Source: Eledone cirrhosa
Lineage: Eukaryota
Reading direction: 5' to 3'
DNA length: 64,000 nt
Assembly: GCA_964016885.1 (NCBI GenBank)
Contig: OZ024743.1
Coordinates: 322,958,001-323,022,000, forward strand
Position numbers and translations under genes: made by a program. Positions 62,391 to 64,000 of this stretch are shown here, piece by piece. The notes under the pieces were generated by a model that was not told the DNA's origin, ran no database searches, and saw nothing but the letters and a program-made list of their open reading frames with translations. The number at the start of each line of letters is the position of its first letter. Positions within the stretch are counted from its first letter, which is position 1.

Positions 62391-62840
62391 ATATATACAC
62401 AATAACAACAAACACATACTAGTAAACTAAAATAGAATACAATAACCAAAACACAGTCACCCAAACGGGAACACACACACCAAACACTATACACACACGC
62501 AAACGCATGCACAGAGTAGAAGACAAAAATTAAATATATAAATAAACCGATAAAATAAAAATGGTGTAGACATACAATACAACAGGAGGAACATAATAGT
62601 ACCACTGATGATGTTGCAGATGTGCAACGAAAGACCTTTGTTAGACTATATATATATGTGTTTATATCTATATTATATATGTATTTTTGACCCTTGGTCA
62701 GTCAATGATAAACATTGAGGACCAAATGAATTAACTGTGGAGATATAAAAGATACAGAAGCGAAAACAGTGAGTGTGTTCTGTTATTATTTCTGGCAATA
62801 TTATTACAACAATATGACCCTCCCCAAGTATAACAATATA
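60018..62840 (+). mobile_element. Degraded Penelope-like element: RT, C-terminal GIY-YIG and pseudo-LTR
   Basis: PTDKSG, LRKDHK..PTRPV, MDVVSLYPSI, YTQNEGAAIG, YSRYVDDI; then the same thumb/EN region as 53562-54641, with deletions. Confidence 0.93.
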
Positions 62841-62844
62841 TATA

Positions 62845-63248
62845 GGCGATACCCGCTGATGAAGCCACATAAGCCGATTGAGCATTGTTGCATAATATAT
62901 GCAGACGGATGGTGCAGTGCACCGTACTGCGGCTGCATTAGTGCGACCGAAACTCGAGTCCGGGAACTATTATAGGCACCCGTTTTACATGTGTTGTATT
63001 AAAGCGAATAACTATGTGTATACTCTAGGAATGTATCTTACATTGCCATGAAAGATTTAACTGTGTTTACAAGAAATTTTGACCAATCCTTTTGACAACT
63101 ACAACCTTCAGAAATGCATGATTATCGCATGCCCATATAAGGAATTACCCCTTGAAAAGTTTGACTATTACCACGCTAAAAATCTAATTTAGTCCAGAAA
63201 TAACCCTCGAAACGGCTTGATGTCTGCCGTCGGGGTCCTGAACATTTT

Positions 63249-63250
<2 letters not shown>
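62845..63250 (+). mobile_element. Probable pseudo-LTR sequence of a PLE
   Basis: Contains hammerhead-like motifs; its end is homologous to 16430-16510; lies just upstream of a PLE RT. Confidence 0.6.
62852..62964 (+). ncRNA. Type I hammerhead ribozyme-like motif with ~85 nt helix II region
   Basis: cccg CTGATGA ... c GAAA ctcgag TC cggg: helix I cccg/cggg, intact core boxes, palindromic helix III, GUC cleavage triplet. Confidence 0.65.

Positions 63251-63251
<1 letters not shown>

Positions 63252-63335
<84 letters not shown>
63252..63335. repeat. (TA)n microsatellite
   Basis: Direct inspection. Confidence 0.98.
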
Positions 63336-63338
<3 letters not shown>

Positions 63339-64000
63339 ACTACATACAACAACTTCATTCGAAAAGAATTACATAAAAAATATAGAAAAACGAATGAAGT
63401 AACTCTTAAGCACATCAATGATGAGGCATGCGAAATAGTGAAAAATCTCGGAATCGAAGATAGGACAGGACCATTCTTACGGGCGGTACCCACCTTCAAT
63501 CTTAAGGACCATAAGGTAAACTTTGATAATGACCCTAAAATTAGATTAATTTGCCCCTCTAAATCGGATATAGGTAAAATAAGCAAATATATCTTAGATA
63601 GAATCATCCCCCAAATTAAGGCTAAGGTTAACATTAAACTCTGGGGGAAGACCCAAGAAGCAATAAAATGGTTTAATAGCATTAGCAATAAGAATAAATC
63701 TAAGTTTATCCAGTTTGATATCGACGAATATTACTCATCGATATCACCTGAAACTTTGAAGTTTGCTAAGGATAACTCTGACCTTACAAACGATGAAATT
63801 AAGATTATATTAGAAGCTAGGAAAACTATAGTCAAATTTGAGAACAGTTATTGGGTTCGTAAAGATAGACCCTGTAACTTTGACATAACAATGGGCTCTA
63901 ACGATTCGGCGGAAATAACTGATATTGTGGGGTTATTTATCGTCTTTAGACTCCAGGAAAAATTCAGCAATCTCCACGGTGGAATATACCGCGACGATGT
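63336..64000 (+). CDS. Penelope-like reverse transcriptase, 5'-truncated, open to the window end (absent from the ORF track)
   Basis: Stop-free frame: LKDHKVNFDNDPKIRLICPSKSDIG...FIQFDIDEYYSSI...FDITMGSNDSAE...GGIYRDD. Confidence 0.9.

Overview
Eukaryotic, AT-rich, almost entirely repeat-derived DNA with no host protein-coding gene I can support. The mix of tRNA-derived SINEs with (GAT)n/(AAT)n tails, PHD-bearing RTE LINEs, CR1, several Penelope-like elements (PLEs) and dense microsatellites suggests a mollusc, probably an octopus (inference only). Contents: a 65-67 bp satellite (1-1797); many RTE LINE copies and their partner SINEs; a near full-length CR1; three distinct PLE lineages (an N-terminal-endonuclease Naiad-type relic, a C-terminal GIY-YIG family, and an open RT running off the window end); a hAT transposon holding nested insertions, including a non-autonomous tRNA-Trp-primed LTR element; piggyBac-like and hAT MITEs; and a mariner remnant. 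Most notable: hammerhead-ribozyme-like motifs in PLE terminal repeats, some with a very long helix II region; a 3.35 kb spacer-less palindrome of a PLE centred on the RT catalytic motif; repeated SINE insertion at one target site; and several other fold-back structures. Most ORFs in the supplied track are microsatellite or antisense artefacts.
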